Part shown: positions 1 to 13,821 of the stretch, one piece after another
How the letters are laid out: the number at the start of each line of letters is the position of its first letter
Position numbering within the stretch: the stretch's first letter is position 1
DNA from: Eledone cirrhosa
Lineage: Eukaryota
DNA length: 64,000 bases
Reading direction: 5' to 3'
Assembly (NCBI GenBank): GCA_964016885.1
Contig: OZ024757.1
Coordinates: 19,840,001-19,904,000 of the forward strand
The notes under the pieces: generated by a model
Told to the model about the DNA's origin: nothing
Databases searched by the model: none
The model's input: only the letters and a program-made list of their open reading frames with translations
Made by a program: the position numbers and the translations under genes

Positions 1-25
1 AGACAGCATATGGTTGCTTTACTAA

Positions 26-29
<4 letters not shown>

Positions 30-108
<79 letters not shown>

Positions 109-115
109 GTGTCTA

Positions 116-206
<91 letters not shown>

Positions 207-287
207 AGCTGTCTGTCTATCTCTCTCTCTCTCTGTCTGTCTATCTCTCTCTCTGTCTATCTCTCTCTCTGTCTGTCTGTCTGTCTC

Positions 288-360
<73 letters not shown>

Positions 361-363
361 GTA

Positions 364-424
<61 letters not shown>

Positions 425-456
425 GTCTCTCTGTCTCTGTCTATCTGTCTCTGTCT
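30..456. repeat. (CT)n/(CTGT)n microsatellite
   Basis: Directly visible. Confidence 0.95.
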
Positions 457-800
457 CTCTCTCTCCACCCTCCAATGCGCCCCTCTCTCTCCACCCTCCA
501 ATGCGCCCCTCTCTCTCCACCCTCCAATGCGCCCCTCTCTCTCCACCCTCCAATGCGCCCCTCTCTCTCCACCCTCCAATGCGCCCCTCTCTCTCCACCC
601 TCCAATGCGCCCCTCTCTCTCCACCCTCCAATGCGCCCCCCTCTCTCCACCCTCCAATGCGCCCCCCTCTCTCCACCCTCCAATGCGCCCCCCTCTCTCC
701 ACCCTCCAATGCGCCCCCCTCTCTCCACCCTCCAATGCCCCCCTCTCTACCACCCCCTCTCTCCACCCTCCAATGCCCCCCTCTCTCCACCCTCCATTGC
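457..800. repeat. 26-bp minisatellite, ~13 copies
   Basis: Unit ctctctctccaccctccaatgcgccc. Confidence 0.9.
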
Positions 801-1020
801 CCCCCCCTATCCTCCACTCCAACTGCTCTCCACCCCTCTCTGTACCCCTTCCCTCATCTCTCTACCACCACCCCTCTCTCTACCACCACCCTTCTCTCTG
901 CCACCACCCCTCTCTCTCTACCCCTCCCCATCACCCTCTCAGCAGGTGGTACTCCTGTTCTTGTTGTTGGATCATAGTTTTTGCTGTTGCTGCTGTTGTT
1001 GTTGTTGTTCTAATAATGAT

Positions 1021-1076
<56 letters not shown>

Positions 1077-1217
1077 AAGAAAGTATGGTAAGGAACCAGG
1101 TGGACCATAACACACCAGAGTACTCAATACTTAGGGTAGTAGAGTGGGTAATAGGAAAAAGAGTCAGGACCCCGACGGCTGAGCTCCAGCCATTTCGACA
1201 GCTAGATCCGAACAGTG

Positions 1218-1269
<52 letters not shown>

Positions 1270-1360
1270 GAAAAATTGAACAGGAACAAAACAGAGAGGC
1301 AGTACAACGAATGTTTATTAATTTCACGCTCTTGAGAGTGGGGTGGTGGTGGGGAACGAC

Positions 1361-1385
1361 GTTTCGGGCATAAGCCCTTCTTCAG
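1361..1385 (-). ncRNA. Minimal hammerhead ribozyme core (stem I poorly paired)
   Basis: Minus strand: CTGAAGA a GGGC ttat GCCC GAAAC GTC. Confidence 0.6.
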
Positions 1386-1529
1386 GTGAAAAGTGTGTGG
1401 GAAGAGAGTTCAAAGGGTGTGTAGGGGAGTGGTGGAGAGACATATAGCAACCCCTTCTATGTAAAGTTATGTTGGTGCCACACCATCCAGGCCGAAACAA
1501 ATGAGATCGTGTAGGTGTCACGACAAAAA

Positions 1530-1747
1530 AACACACAGTTCACGCTGTAATGTGGCCGTGTAGGCAACACGCTAAAAACCTCCCAGACCCACACTGTAAA
1601 TGTGGTTGGTGTTAGGAAGGGCATCCAACTGTAGAAAACCTGCCAGACAGTCCTATGCGAGCAAGACAATCACTCTTGCCTCAAGTGGGAAAACCCCCGT
1701 CCAAACCCATGCAAACATGGAACACGGACGTTAAACGTTGATGATGA

Positions 1748-1750
<3 letters not shown>
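1530..1750 (+). mobile_element. Non-autonomous retroposon fragment with (GAT)n tail; near-identical copy at 4400-4618; relatives at 1792-1930(-), 10753-10910(-), 13597-13755(-), 23860-24165, 44210-44478, 55990-56190, 56940-57330
   Basis: Shared aggaagggcatccagc-gtagaaaacc module and aacccatgctagc-tggaa...cgttaa(gat)n end. Confidence 0.8.
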
Positions 1751-1793
<43 letters not shown>

Positions 1794-2377
1794 TCATCAT
1801 CATCGTTTAACATCTATCTTCCACGCTAGCATGGGTTTAGACAGGAATTGTCCCACTTGAGGCAAGATTAGTCATCTCGCTCATATAGGACTGTCTGGCA
1901 GGTTTTCTATGGCTGGATGCCCTTCCTAACATATATATATATACACACACACATACACACATGTGGATTTTCAATCGTCAGATTGCTAGGTCGATTTCCG
2001 AACCTGGAGATGCGTTATGTCCTTGAGCAAGACACTTTATTCCATATTGCTCTTTCTACCAGGAATTGCAACAGGTAGATAGTATCAGCAATAGAAAAAC
2101 CATTGGAAAAAATGTTTCCTTGGCCTGATTTGACAAGCTCCATCCAGGACCTAAGAGAATGGTCCTTCTATAGGCTTGTTTGTGTCTGGCTACTTCATCT
2201 ACAGATTTGATGTGATTTTTGTTGGGTTAACATTGGTCTGAGGATCAGGCAGACTTGGAGTCTGGTCTGGGATGACCCCAGACCACGATCTGGCTGCCTG
2301 GGAAACATTTGTAACCAGGTTGAGCAATAAATCTCTTATGTAACACCTCCACTTTGTTCTTATATGATATATATATA

Positions 2378-2640
2378 TCATCATCATCATCATTTTTGTG
2401 CATTTTTCCCTGCTTGCAAGGGTGGGACAGGTTCTATTCAGCACAGCATCTCTCCATTCGTCACGGTCCTTCGTCATCTCCTCCATGAGCTTCAGCAACC
2501 TGAGGTCTGCTCTCACCACCTCCGCCCATGTTTTTCATAGTCTTCCTCTACTGTATATTCCTTCTACTGGCATTTGTTGGCCCTTCTTTACCCAGCAGTC
2601 ATCCTCCATGCGCATCACATGTCCATACCAACGCACTACA
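2378..2640 (-). mobile_element. RTE-clade LINE 3' fragment (family R1)
   Basis: VRADLRLLKLMEEMTKDRDEWRDAVLNRTCPTLASREK followed by (GAT)n tail. Confidence 0.85.
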
Positions 2641-3756
2641 GAGCCTATGAGAAGAGGGTGGGCTCTAGCCGGTAATTTGTTCCAGGGGCTAAGAGTCTAA
2701 GAAAGCCCCACAGCAACCTTGCAACATATATTTTGAGAAATATCTTTGCCTGCTTCAAACTCCAAAGGGGGGGGTTATACCCCCTTGCAAAATTTCTCTT
2801 GGAGGACCCGATTCCATTTACCAAATTTCCCTCAAGACATGGATCGACCCAAGGAGCTTTGGTAAATGAAACTTGCCTGAGATTCCCTGGTTCCCTGGTT
2901 CATGATTGAACCAGGGACCTAACATTTGCAAAGCAACCTTCTTAAACATTCAAGCAAGCAGTGGACACCAATCTGATATGTGATGTAGACAAAGTTGTTC
3001 TTGGCTGCACCCATGTCTCATATATATATATTTATATATACATATATATATATGTATACATATATATGTGTGTGTATGCATATGTATATATACATATATA
3101 TATATTTATATATACATATATATATATGTATACATATATATGTGTGTGTATACATATTTATATATACATATATATATGTATACATATATATGTGTGTGTA
3201 TACATATTTATATATACATATATATATGTATACATATATATGTGTGTGTATACATATGTATATATACATATATATGTGTGTGTATACATATTTATATATA
3301 CATATATATATGTATACATATATATGTGTGTGTATACATATGTATATATAGATATAGATATATATATAAATATATATACATATATATGTATACATATATA
3401 AATATATATATACATATATATGTATACATATATAAATATATATACATATATATAAACCCATGCTAGCATGGAAGATAGACATTAAACGATGGTGATGATG
3501 ATTATATATGTATATATATATAACTATAAGTATGTATACAGACGCACAGTAGTATGTATATATATATATACATACATGCACACACATATATATGTACGTA
3601 TGGATTCACCGAAATTTCGTTTAATTTTTTCCGTTTATCGTTTTCGGTGCGCCCGGCCGATTAACTCACTCGATATGCAAATTAGGCTGCTCAGCCGTTA
3701 ATATACATAAGGAAAGTATATACGTTCAGACGTTCAATCATCTCGCAGGAAGGTAT

Positions 3757-3799
3757 ACGTTGCTGACGATAGCTAATAAGCTTGAAACTAGTACAGCGT
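3757..3799 (+). ncRNA. Minimal type I hammerhead ribozyme
   Basis: Stem I ACGTTG/CAGCGT, core CTGACGA (3763-3769), stem II AGCT-aata-AGCT, GAAA, palindromic stem III ACTAGT, GUA cleavage triplet. Confidence 0.8.
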
Positions 3800-4301
3800 T
3801 CCTTTGTCAGGGTTGAACAAACGAGCAACGATGGTTGCTGGACACTGTACAGCTTAATTCGGGATGTTTGTTTACAAACACACCGACCATTATAATAAAT
3901 GTTCGGTGAATCCATGCGTACATATATATGTGTGCATGTATGTATGTATATATATATATATATATATATATACATACTACTGTACGTCTGTATACATATA
4001 TGTATGTACATATACATACATATATGTATGTACATATACATACTTATATTTAAGTAACAGCCGTACTAAGAGTGAGAAATGAAATTTCGTTTCATTTTTT
4101 CCATTAATATATATATATAGCTTTGATTCTGGTGAATTCTATATAACTGCTCTGTAAAACAACTGATGTTATTACATTGAGCTATTTATCTTACTGGTAA
4201 TAGGGTAGTAATAAATTACTGACCTTCCCTGTTTAGGGTTTAAAATATATAACTATAAAAAGTTTTAGTATATACATAACCATAAATAGTATCCTTAATA
4301 C

Positions 4302-4367
<66 letters not shown>

Positions 4368-4615
4368 AAGGGCATCCAGCTGTAGAAAACCCGCCAGACA
4401 GTCCACGCTGTAATGTGGCCGTGTAGGCAACACGGTAAAAACCTCCCAGCCCCACACTGTAAATGTGGTTGGTGTTAGGAAGGGCATCCAACTGTAGAAA
4501 ACCTGCCAGACAGTCCTATGCGAGCAAGACAATCACTCTTGCCTCAAGTGGGACTACCCCCGTCCAAACCCATGCAAGCGTGGAACACGGACGTTAAACC
4601 TGATGATGATGATGA

Positions 4616-4676
<61 letters not shown>

Positions 4677-4900
4677 TTTATGTATACATATATATGTGTG
4701 TGTGTATGCATATGTATATATACATATATATATAAATATATATACATATATATGTATATATATATAAATATATATACATATATATGTATATATATATATA
4801 TATATATACATATATATACATATATATGTATATATATATGTATACATATATATAAACCCATGCTAGCATGGAAGATAAACATTAAATGACGATGATGATG

Positions 4901-4935
<35 letters not shown>

Positions 4936-4961
4936 ACTCAGATATATATATATATGTATGT

Positions 4962-5075
<114 letters not shown>

Positions 5076-5173
5076 TAAAATAACAGATTAAAGTTTAAGC
5101 AAAGAATCGCTGCTTTCACCCTTAACAGGATCTTCTGAAATATATATATATATATGTATATATGTATATATGT

Positions 5174-5307
<134 letters not shown>

Positions 5308-5329
5308 ATATATATATATGTGTGTGTAT

Positions 5330-5371
<42 letters not shown>

Positions 5372-5590
5372 TGTAGACATGTCTATTGAAAACTTAAAGC
5401 TATTGTAATATAATACCATGCTTCTGTGGGTGTGTGTATTGACAGACGCGCGTATATATTACAATTATATATATATATATGTATGTGTGTGTATACATAT
5501 ATATATAATGTGTGTGTGTGGTGAGGGAAAAAGTTGTACAAACTCAAACATACACCCACTTATATATACATGCATTTGCATGTGTGTGTG

Positions 5591-5667
<77 letters not shown>

Positions 5668-5669
<2 letters not shown>

Positions 5670-6032
5670 AGGCACATGGCTTAGTGGTTAGAGCATTGGC
5701 CTTGCAATCGAAAGGTTGTGAGTTCAATTCTCAGACCGGGTGATGTGTTGTTTCCTTGAGCAAGACACTTTATTTCACATTGCTCCAGTTTACTCAGCTG
5801 TAGAAATGAGATGATCAATCCACTGCAAAAGTGGTTGTGGAGGTGCCACGGCAAAGAAGCACCCAGCCCACACTGTAAAGTGGACGTGGAAGTGCCACGG
5901 CAAAAAAGCACCCAGCACTCGCTGTAAATGAGGTTGGTGTTAGGAAGGGCATCCAGCTGTAGAAATCAAGCCAGAATCAGTTCCCGTCCCACCCTTGCAA
6001 GCAGGGAAAAGCGGACGTTAAATGAAATGATG
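5668..6032 (+). mobile_element. tRNA-derived SINE (family S2, CORE-like body, RTE-R1 tail)
   Basis: A box TGGCTTAGTGG, B box GAGTTCAATTC, ccttgagcaagacacttt body, tail matching the LINE R1 3' end. Confidence 0.85.
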
Positions 6033-6269
6033 ATATATGTGTGTGTGTGTGTGTGTGTATATGTGAGTGTGTCTGAATGTTTGTGTGTCTGTGTGTGTGT
6101 ATATATATATATTTGTGTGTGTGTGTGTATGTGAGTGTGCCTGTGTGTGTGTATATATATATATTTGTGTGTGTGTATGTGAGTGTGTCTGAATGTTTGT
6201 GTGTCTGTGTGTGTGTATATATATATATTTGTGTGTGTGTATTGAGTTTGTCTGTGTGTGTTTGTCTCA

Positions 6270-6304
<35 letters not shown>

Positions 6305-6575
6305 ATAACATAAGAGAGAGAAGGGAAGGGTGTAGAGAGAGTGAGAGATTGCATGTGTGACAGAGAGAGAGGGTGATTGCATGTGTGACAGAGAGAGAGA
6401 GAGATTGCATGTGTGACAGCGAGAGAGGACAGCGAAAGAGGGTGATTGCATGTGACAGAGAAAGAGAGAGAGATTGCATGTGTGACAGAGAGAGATTGCA
6501 TATGTGAGAGAGAGAGAGATGGTGGTGAGAGAGTAAAATGAATATGAAGAAAATGGTGTTATCATCTAGATATTA

Positions 6576-6768
6576 AATAATTGTTTCTACTTTAGGCACA
6601 AGGCCAGCAATAACCCAGTACAATACTGGTACTTTATTTTATCGACCCCGTAAGAATGAATGGCAAAGTTAACCTCGGCGGGATTTGAACTCAGAATGGC
6701 AAGGGCCGTAACTCTATGCGCCAAAGCATGGCATCCGACACTCTACCAATACTGCCAATCCACCGCTT
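6576..6768 (-). mobile_element. tRNA-derived SINE (family S1) with 12-bp TSD
   Basis: TSD atctagatatta at 6564-6575 and 6769-6780; A/B boxes. Confidence 0.88.
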
Positions 6769-6816
6769 ATCTAGATATTATAAAGTTATGTGTGTATGTG
6801 TGTGAATATATATATG

Positions 6817-6875
<59 letters not shown>

Positions 6876-6997
6876 GTATCTTTATAGATATGTGTGTGTA
6901 TGTATATAAATATATAATATATATATACATACATATATATATGTATATATATATATATATGTATCTTTATAGATATATATGTGTGCATGTATATAAA

Positions 6998-7046
<49 letters not shown>

Positions 7047-7050
7047 GTAT

Positions 7051-7092
<42 letters not shown>

Positions 7093-7117
7093 GTATCTTT
7101 ATAGATATATATGTGTG

Positions 7118-7160
<43 letters not shown>

Positions 7161-7325
7161 GCATATATATACACATATATACATATATATATATATATGT
7201 GTGTGTGTGAATATATGTGTAAAGATCTTCCTTAAACTAGGTGTGACTGTCGACTGGAATGGCTGGCAGAGAAGTAGTTAGGAAAATTATATATATTTAA
7301 CATATTTTGGTCTGTGTATATATGT

Positions 7326-7374
<49 letters not shown>

Positions 7375-7474
7375 TGAATAGCAGGGGGTGTAAATCATTA
7401 TTTAATGTCCATTGTATATATACATATATGTAGATACAAATGCATGTGTTTCTGCATTCAGAAATATATATATA

Positions 7475-7553
<79 letters not shown>

Positions 7554-7610
7554 AAATATATAATATTTATACATATATATATATATGTATAAATTTAAAT
7601 ATATATATTT

Positions 7611-7670
<60 letters not shown>

Positions 7671-7764
7671 AAATATATATATATGTATAAATATATATAT
7701 ATATATATATGTATAAATATATATATATATGTGTATAAATATATATATATATATTTATACATAC

Positions 7765-7855
<91 letters not shown>

Positions 7856-8007
7856 TGCATAAATATATATATACAGACACACACTTATCCAACAACTGAC
7901 TACCTGAAGAACAGTAGTCTACTGTGTGCCACCAATTGGCTTTAGATATATGTGAGTATATATATATATATATATATACACATATCTGTGTGTGTATATA
8001 TATATCC

Positions 8008-8077
<70 letters not shown>

Positions 8078-8110
8078 ATATATATATATATACATGGATA
8101 TATATATATA

Positions 8111-8167
<57 letters not shown>

Positions 8168-8328
8168 CCAGTCAGCATTAGCAGACTCCACATCATCCTA
8201 TTCCTCCAACTAATATCAGCAACAGTGAACTTCTAAACTCCTGCTGCCATCTTTTGAAATCTTTACAAGTTCACCACTAATAATGCTTTCTTTATTAACC
8301 ACAAAGGTTGACACAAAGTATTACATTA

Positions 8329-9945
8329 AGGACAGTACAGGACAATACAGGACAACACATGACGGTACAGGACATTGCAGGACAATACAGGACAATATAT
8401 GATGGTACAGGACAATACAGGACAGTACAAGACAATACAGGACAATACAGGACAATACAGGGCAATACAGGACGGTACAAGACAATACAGGGCAATACAG
8501 GACGGTACAAGACAATACAGGGCAATACAGGACGGTACAAGACAATACAGGGCAATACAGGACGGTACAGGACAACACCGGACAACACCGGATGGTACAG
8601 GACGGTACAGGACAGTACAGGACGGTACAGGACAATACAGGAGAGTACAGGACAACACAGGACGGTACAGGACAATACAGGATGGTACATGACAATACAG
8701 GATGGTACAGGACAATACAGGATGGTACAGGACAATACAGGACGGTACAGGACAATACAGGAGAGTACAGGACGGTACAGGATGATACAGGACGGTACAG
8801 GATGATACAGGACGGTACAGGATGATACAGGACAGTACAGGACAATACATGACGGTACAGGACAGTACAGGACAGTACAGGATGGTACAGGACAATACAG
8901 GAGAGTACAGGATGATACAGGACGGTACAGGACAATACAGGACGGTACAGGACAGTACAGGACAATACAGGACGGTACAGGAAAATACAGGATGGTACAG
9001 GAAAATACAGGATGGTACAGGACGGTACAGGACAATACAGGACAATACAGGACAGTACAGGACAATACAGGATGGTACAGGACGGTACAGGATGATACAG
9101 GACGGTACAGGACAATACAGGACGGTACAGGACAATACAAGACAACACAGGACAATACAAGACAACACAGGACAATACAGGATGGTACAGGACAGTACAG
9201 GACGGTACAGGATAGTACAGGACAATACAGGACGGTACAGGACAGTACGGGACATTACAGGACAGTACAAGACAACACAGGACGGTACAGGACAATACAG
9301 GACGGTACAAGACAACACAGGACGGTACAGGACAGTACAGGACGGTACAGGATAGTACAGGACAATACAGGACAATACAGGACAGTACAGGACAGTACAG
9401 GACAGTACAGGACAATACAGGACGGTACAGGACAATACAGGACAGTACAGGACGGTACAGGACAATACAGGACGGTACAGGACGGTACAGGACAGTACAG
9501 GACATTACAGGACAGTACAGGACATTACAGGACAATACAGGACAGTACAAGACAATACAATACAAGACAGTACAAGACAATACAGGGCAATACAGGGCAA
9601 TCCAGGACAATACAGGGCAATACAGGACAATACAGGACAGTACAGGACAATACAGGACAACACCGGACAACACCGGATGGTACAGGACAATACAGGATGA
9701 TACAGGACGGTACAGGACAGTACAGGACAGTACAGGACGGTACAGGACAATACAGGAGAGTACAGGACGGTACAGGACGGTACAGGACAATACAGGATGG
9801 TACAGGACGATACAGGATGGTACAGGACAATACAGGAGAGTACAGGACGGTACAGGACAATACAGGATGATACAGGATGGTACAGGACAGTACAGGACAA
9901 TACAGGACGGTACAGGACAATACAGGATGGTACAGGACGGTACAA
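8329..9945. repeat. 10-bp satellite, ~160 units
   Basis: gacaatacag/gacggtacag/gacagtacag variants in tandem. Confidence 0.95.
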
Positions 9946-10100
9946 ATGGGCATTTCTGCGTGTAAAAAAAACAAAAACAGAGGATGTAACAATGAAAAAT
10001 TCTCCAATAGGCGGGAGACTTCCGAGGGACATTCGTGGAGTAATAAAATTGATAATAATATTAACAATGATTATAACAGTTATTATTATTATTATTATAT

Positions 10101-10400
10101 AAGGGCGGTGGATTGGCAGTATCGGTAGAGGGTCGGACGCCATGCTTTGCAGCAAAGAGTTACGGCCCTTTATGGTCTGAGTTCAAATACCGCCGAGGTT
10201 AACTTTGCCTTTCATCCTTACGGGGTCGATAAAATAAAGTACCAGTCACGAACTGGGGTCGATTTAATCGACTTACCCCTCCCCCAAAATTGCTGGCCTT
10301 GTGCCTATATAACAAACCATTATTATTATTATTATTATTAAATGCACTGGGTAATTGCTGGCCTTGTGCCTAACGTAGAAACAATTATTTATTATTATTA
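10101..10400 (+). mobile_element. SINE family S1, full length, with duplicated 3' end
   Basis: GGCGGTGGATTGGCAGTATCGG head, GAGTTCAAAT B box, gcctttcatcct..gtcgataaaataaagtaccag central domain (resembles Meta/MESC-type SINE domains), (TTA)n tail. Confidence 0.88.
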
Positions 10401-10661
10401 TTGGTTTCTTATTCTACTGCATTGAAAGGAAGCCAGTGCTGGGTGAACTGTTATTCTAAAGAATAGGGGAATTCTTGTTCTGGTATTCTTTTAATGTGAA
10501 CTGTACATAATGTGGAATCTCGTAGCTGCAGATGCCCCCCCCCCCTCTCTCTCCTCTCTCTCTCTGTATATAAATATATGTGTGTGTGTATATATATATG
10601 TGCATATATATATGTGTATATATATATATATGTGTGTATATATATATATGTGTGTGTGTGA

Positions 10662-10716
<55 letters not shown>

Positions 10717-10717
10717 C

Positions 10718-10755
<38 letters not shown>

Positions 10756-10909
10756 TCATTTGATGTCTATGGGTTAGACAGGTTTTTCCCATTTAGAGGC
10801 AAGTTGGGTCAGATGGCCGTGTCTCTCTCATATAGGAGTGTTTCTAGCTGGTTTTCTATGGCTGGGTGCTCTTCCTAACGCCAACCACATTGACAGTATG
10901 TGCCAGGTG

Positions 10910-10974
<65 letters not shown>

Positions 10975-10983
10975 TTTGTGTGG

Positions 10984-11048
<65 letters not shown>

Positions 11049-11053
<5 letters not shown>

Positions 11054-11320
11054 AGCTCAAAAGTGACACAGAGGAGACTGAGGTTGGCTGGACATGCTCA
11101 CCGACATCCAGAGTTGATGTTGCACTCAGTGCTCCTTTGGGAGCCCCTACATGGACACACTAGAAGAGGAAGACCAAGGTTAACATATGTTGATGCCCTA
11201 AGGACAGACACTGGTCTGTTGGAGATGCAGGATATGGCAGCGATAATGAGGGACAGAGACCGCTGGAGAGAACTCGTCCATGGATATCGGGAATTTTACC
11301 CGCCCTAGATAGATAGATAT
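11049..11320 (+). mobile_element. RTE-like LINE 3' fragment (family R2) in (TA)n
   Basis: [23 protein letters not shown]...[10 protein letters not shown]...; (ATAG)n tail; homologous to 51416-51680. Confidence 0.85.
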
Positions 11321-11555
11321 ATATATAAAAGCAAGTATTGCACCAAGAAAAATATAAACATCGGCAAGAAATGAGATTAGGAATTTATTTGTTTTAACAT
11401 ATGTTTCTGTGTTGATTATAATTGTCTACATATTTTGACTACAATATATATTGTTCAATCATATGCAATACTTAATTTTTTATCACACTTCATCTACCTT
11501 CACACACACACACACACACACTCACACACACACACACTCACACACACACATATAA

Positions 11556-11680
11556 AACTACGACTTATCCCTCTTATACACAGTTTCTCTCACAACTCAT
11601 CCATGCTTGGTTGTTCACGTACATTGACATTACACATCCAACGGAACATGCTTGCTTCATTTCTCTCCAGCCGTTGCATA
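11556..11680 (-). mobile_element. RTE R1 internal fragment
   Basis: Homologous to 43210-43330 and 49434-49550. Confidence 0.75.
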
Positions 11681-11727
11681 TAGGGTAAAAATGACAGGAA
11701 GTCGGACTGATTATATTCCTTTAGCAA

Positions 11728-11785
11728 ACACTATGCACATTTCAGTGTCAAGGTTACGTATGAACCTGGTGACTTCATCAGGTGT
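11728..11785 (-). ncRNA. Type I hammerhead ribozyme fold
   Basis: Minus strand: ACAC CTGATGA agtcaccaggttcatacgtaaccttgacact GAA ATGTGCAT A GTGT. Confidence 0.65.
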
Positions 11786-11909
11786 ATATTGCATAATAGT
11801 TAGGAAGAAACAGAGAAAGAAAAAAAACGAGAATATAAACAGTGTGTTCACTTTTTACACAAACTTGAAGTACACAAATTCACTTTAACACCTCTTGAAA
11901 AAATATTAA

Positions 11910-12974
11910 CCCTTTAGCATTCACATTACTCTATATATACTATTATATTTTCATGGTAAAGGCTTTACCTCACATAATTACCTCACATAATATCTCACAT
12001 AACATTCACATTACTCTATATATACTATTATATTTTCATGGTAAAGGCTTTACCTCACATAATTACCTCACATAATATCTCACATAACATTCACATTACT
12101 CTATATATACTATTATATTTTCACGGTAAAGTCTTTACCTCACATAATTATCTCACATAATATCTCACATAACATTTACATTACTCTATATATACTATTA
12201 TATTTTCATGGTAAAGGCTTTACCTCACATAATATCTCACATAACATTTACATTACTCTATATATACTATTATATTTTCATGGTAAAGGCTTTACCTCAC
12301 ATAATATCTCACATAACATTTACATTACTCTATATATACTATTATATTTTCATGGTAAAGGCTTTACCTCACATAATATCTCACATAACATTTACATTAC
12401 TCTATATATACTATTATATTTTCACGATAAAGTCTTTACCTCACATAATTACCTCACATAATATCTCACATAACATTTACATTACTCTATATATACTATT
12501 ATATTTTCATGGTAAAGGCTTTACCTCACATAATATCTCACATAACATTTACATTACTCTATATATACTATTGTATTTTCACAGTAAAGGCTTTACCTCA
12601 CATAATATCTCACATAACATTTACATTACTCTATATATACTATTATATTTTCATGGTAAAGGCTTTACCTCACATAATTATCTCACATAACATTTACATT
12701 ACTCTATATATACTATTGTATTTTCACAGTAAAGGCTTTACCTCACATAATATCTCACATAACATTCACATTACTCTATATATACTATTATATTTTCACG
12801 GTAAAGCCTTTACCTCACATAATTACCTCACATAATATCAAATCTATTAGATTTTGATATTATATATTTTGAGAACAATACCTCAACATTAGTATGAGTG
12901 GCTGGTTATGGCCAGTGTGAACAGGAAGAGGTGTGAAATTCTGGCCAGATATAGGCGGTTTAAATTCTAAAGGG
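11910..12974. mobile_element. piggyBac-like MITE expanded by an internal ~69/82-bp tandem array
   Basis: TTAA|CCCTTTAG...CTAAAGGG|TTAA; unexpanded 220-bp copy at 61080-61299. Confidence 0.88.
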
Positions 12975-13311
12975 TTAAATATTCACTCTGAGCGATAGCG
13001 TGCTATAACACATGTCGTTTTTAAGTTTTTTATTTATCAGAAATATTAGACTTGAGTTACGCGAATTTGCTTTACACGCTGCATTCACAAACGCATCGTC
13101 GCGTGAAAAGCAAACACACTGTAGTCATGGTGATCCATATGATAAACACACTCAGCAACAGCCACATGCCTTAGTGTCCAGTGTATCAATTGATTAATTA
13201 TCTATTAATGAGTGATTTGCACCATATGTCTTACCTGATTGATTTATTGATTAGTATACCTGAAACACACCTTAAGACAACATTAACTCATCATCATCAT
13301 TTTTACATCTG

Positions 13312-13367
<56 letters not shown>

Positions 13368-13462
13368 GCAACATGAATGGACATATTATTTTCTCTAAAA
13401 AAAAATTTTTCCTGTTCCACCCTGCCCGTGCCTCCCCTCAATCTATCTTATTTCTCATTCTT

Positions 13463-13498
13463 TCTTCTGATGAAGGACTAGCGTCCGAAACGTTAAGA
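13463..13498 (+). ncRNA. Minimal type I hammerhead in a ~200-bp repeat (13380-13586)
   Basis: TCTT CTGATGA a GGAC tagc GTCC GAA ACGT T AAGA; second copy at 21725-21760 with two CpG-type G>A changes; 3' fragment at 41750-41830. Confidence 0.8.
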
Positions 13499-13821
13499 CC
13501 CTCTTCCTGCTATTTCAAGCGTTAACCTAATATATCCCTTCCATATACTGTACCGATTGTGTTGTTATTTCTGTTTACCTTTTACATAAGTCTCATTATC
13601 ATCAATTAACGTCCATCTTCCATGCTAGCATGGGTTAGACGGGTTTGTCCCATTTAGAGGCAAGTTGGGTCGGGTGACCATGTCTCGCTCATATAGGACT
13701 GTTTCTGGCTGGTTTTCTACGGCTGGATGCCCTTCCTAACGCCAACCACATTGACATATATAGACATATATGTATGTATATATAGTGTTGGTGATCTACA
13801 TGATAAACACACTCAGTACAT

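Noticed and set aside
5668-5740. tRNA genes
   Set aside because: A/B boxes are SINE heads continuing into SINE bodies; no complete cloverleaf
8295-10155. CTVLY/QDNTG repeat ORFs
   Set aside because: Decamer satellite open in most frames
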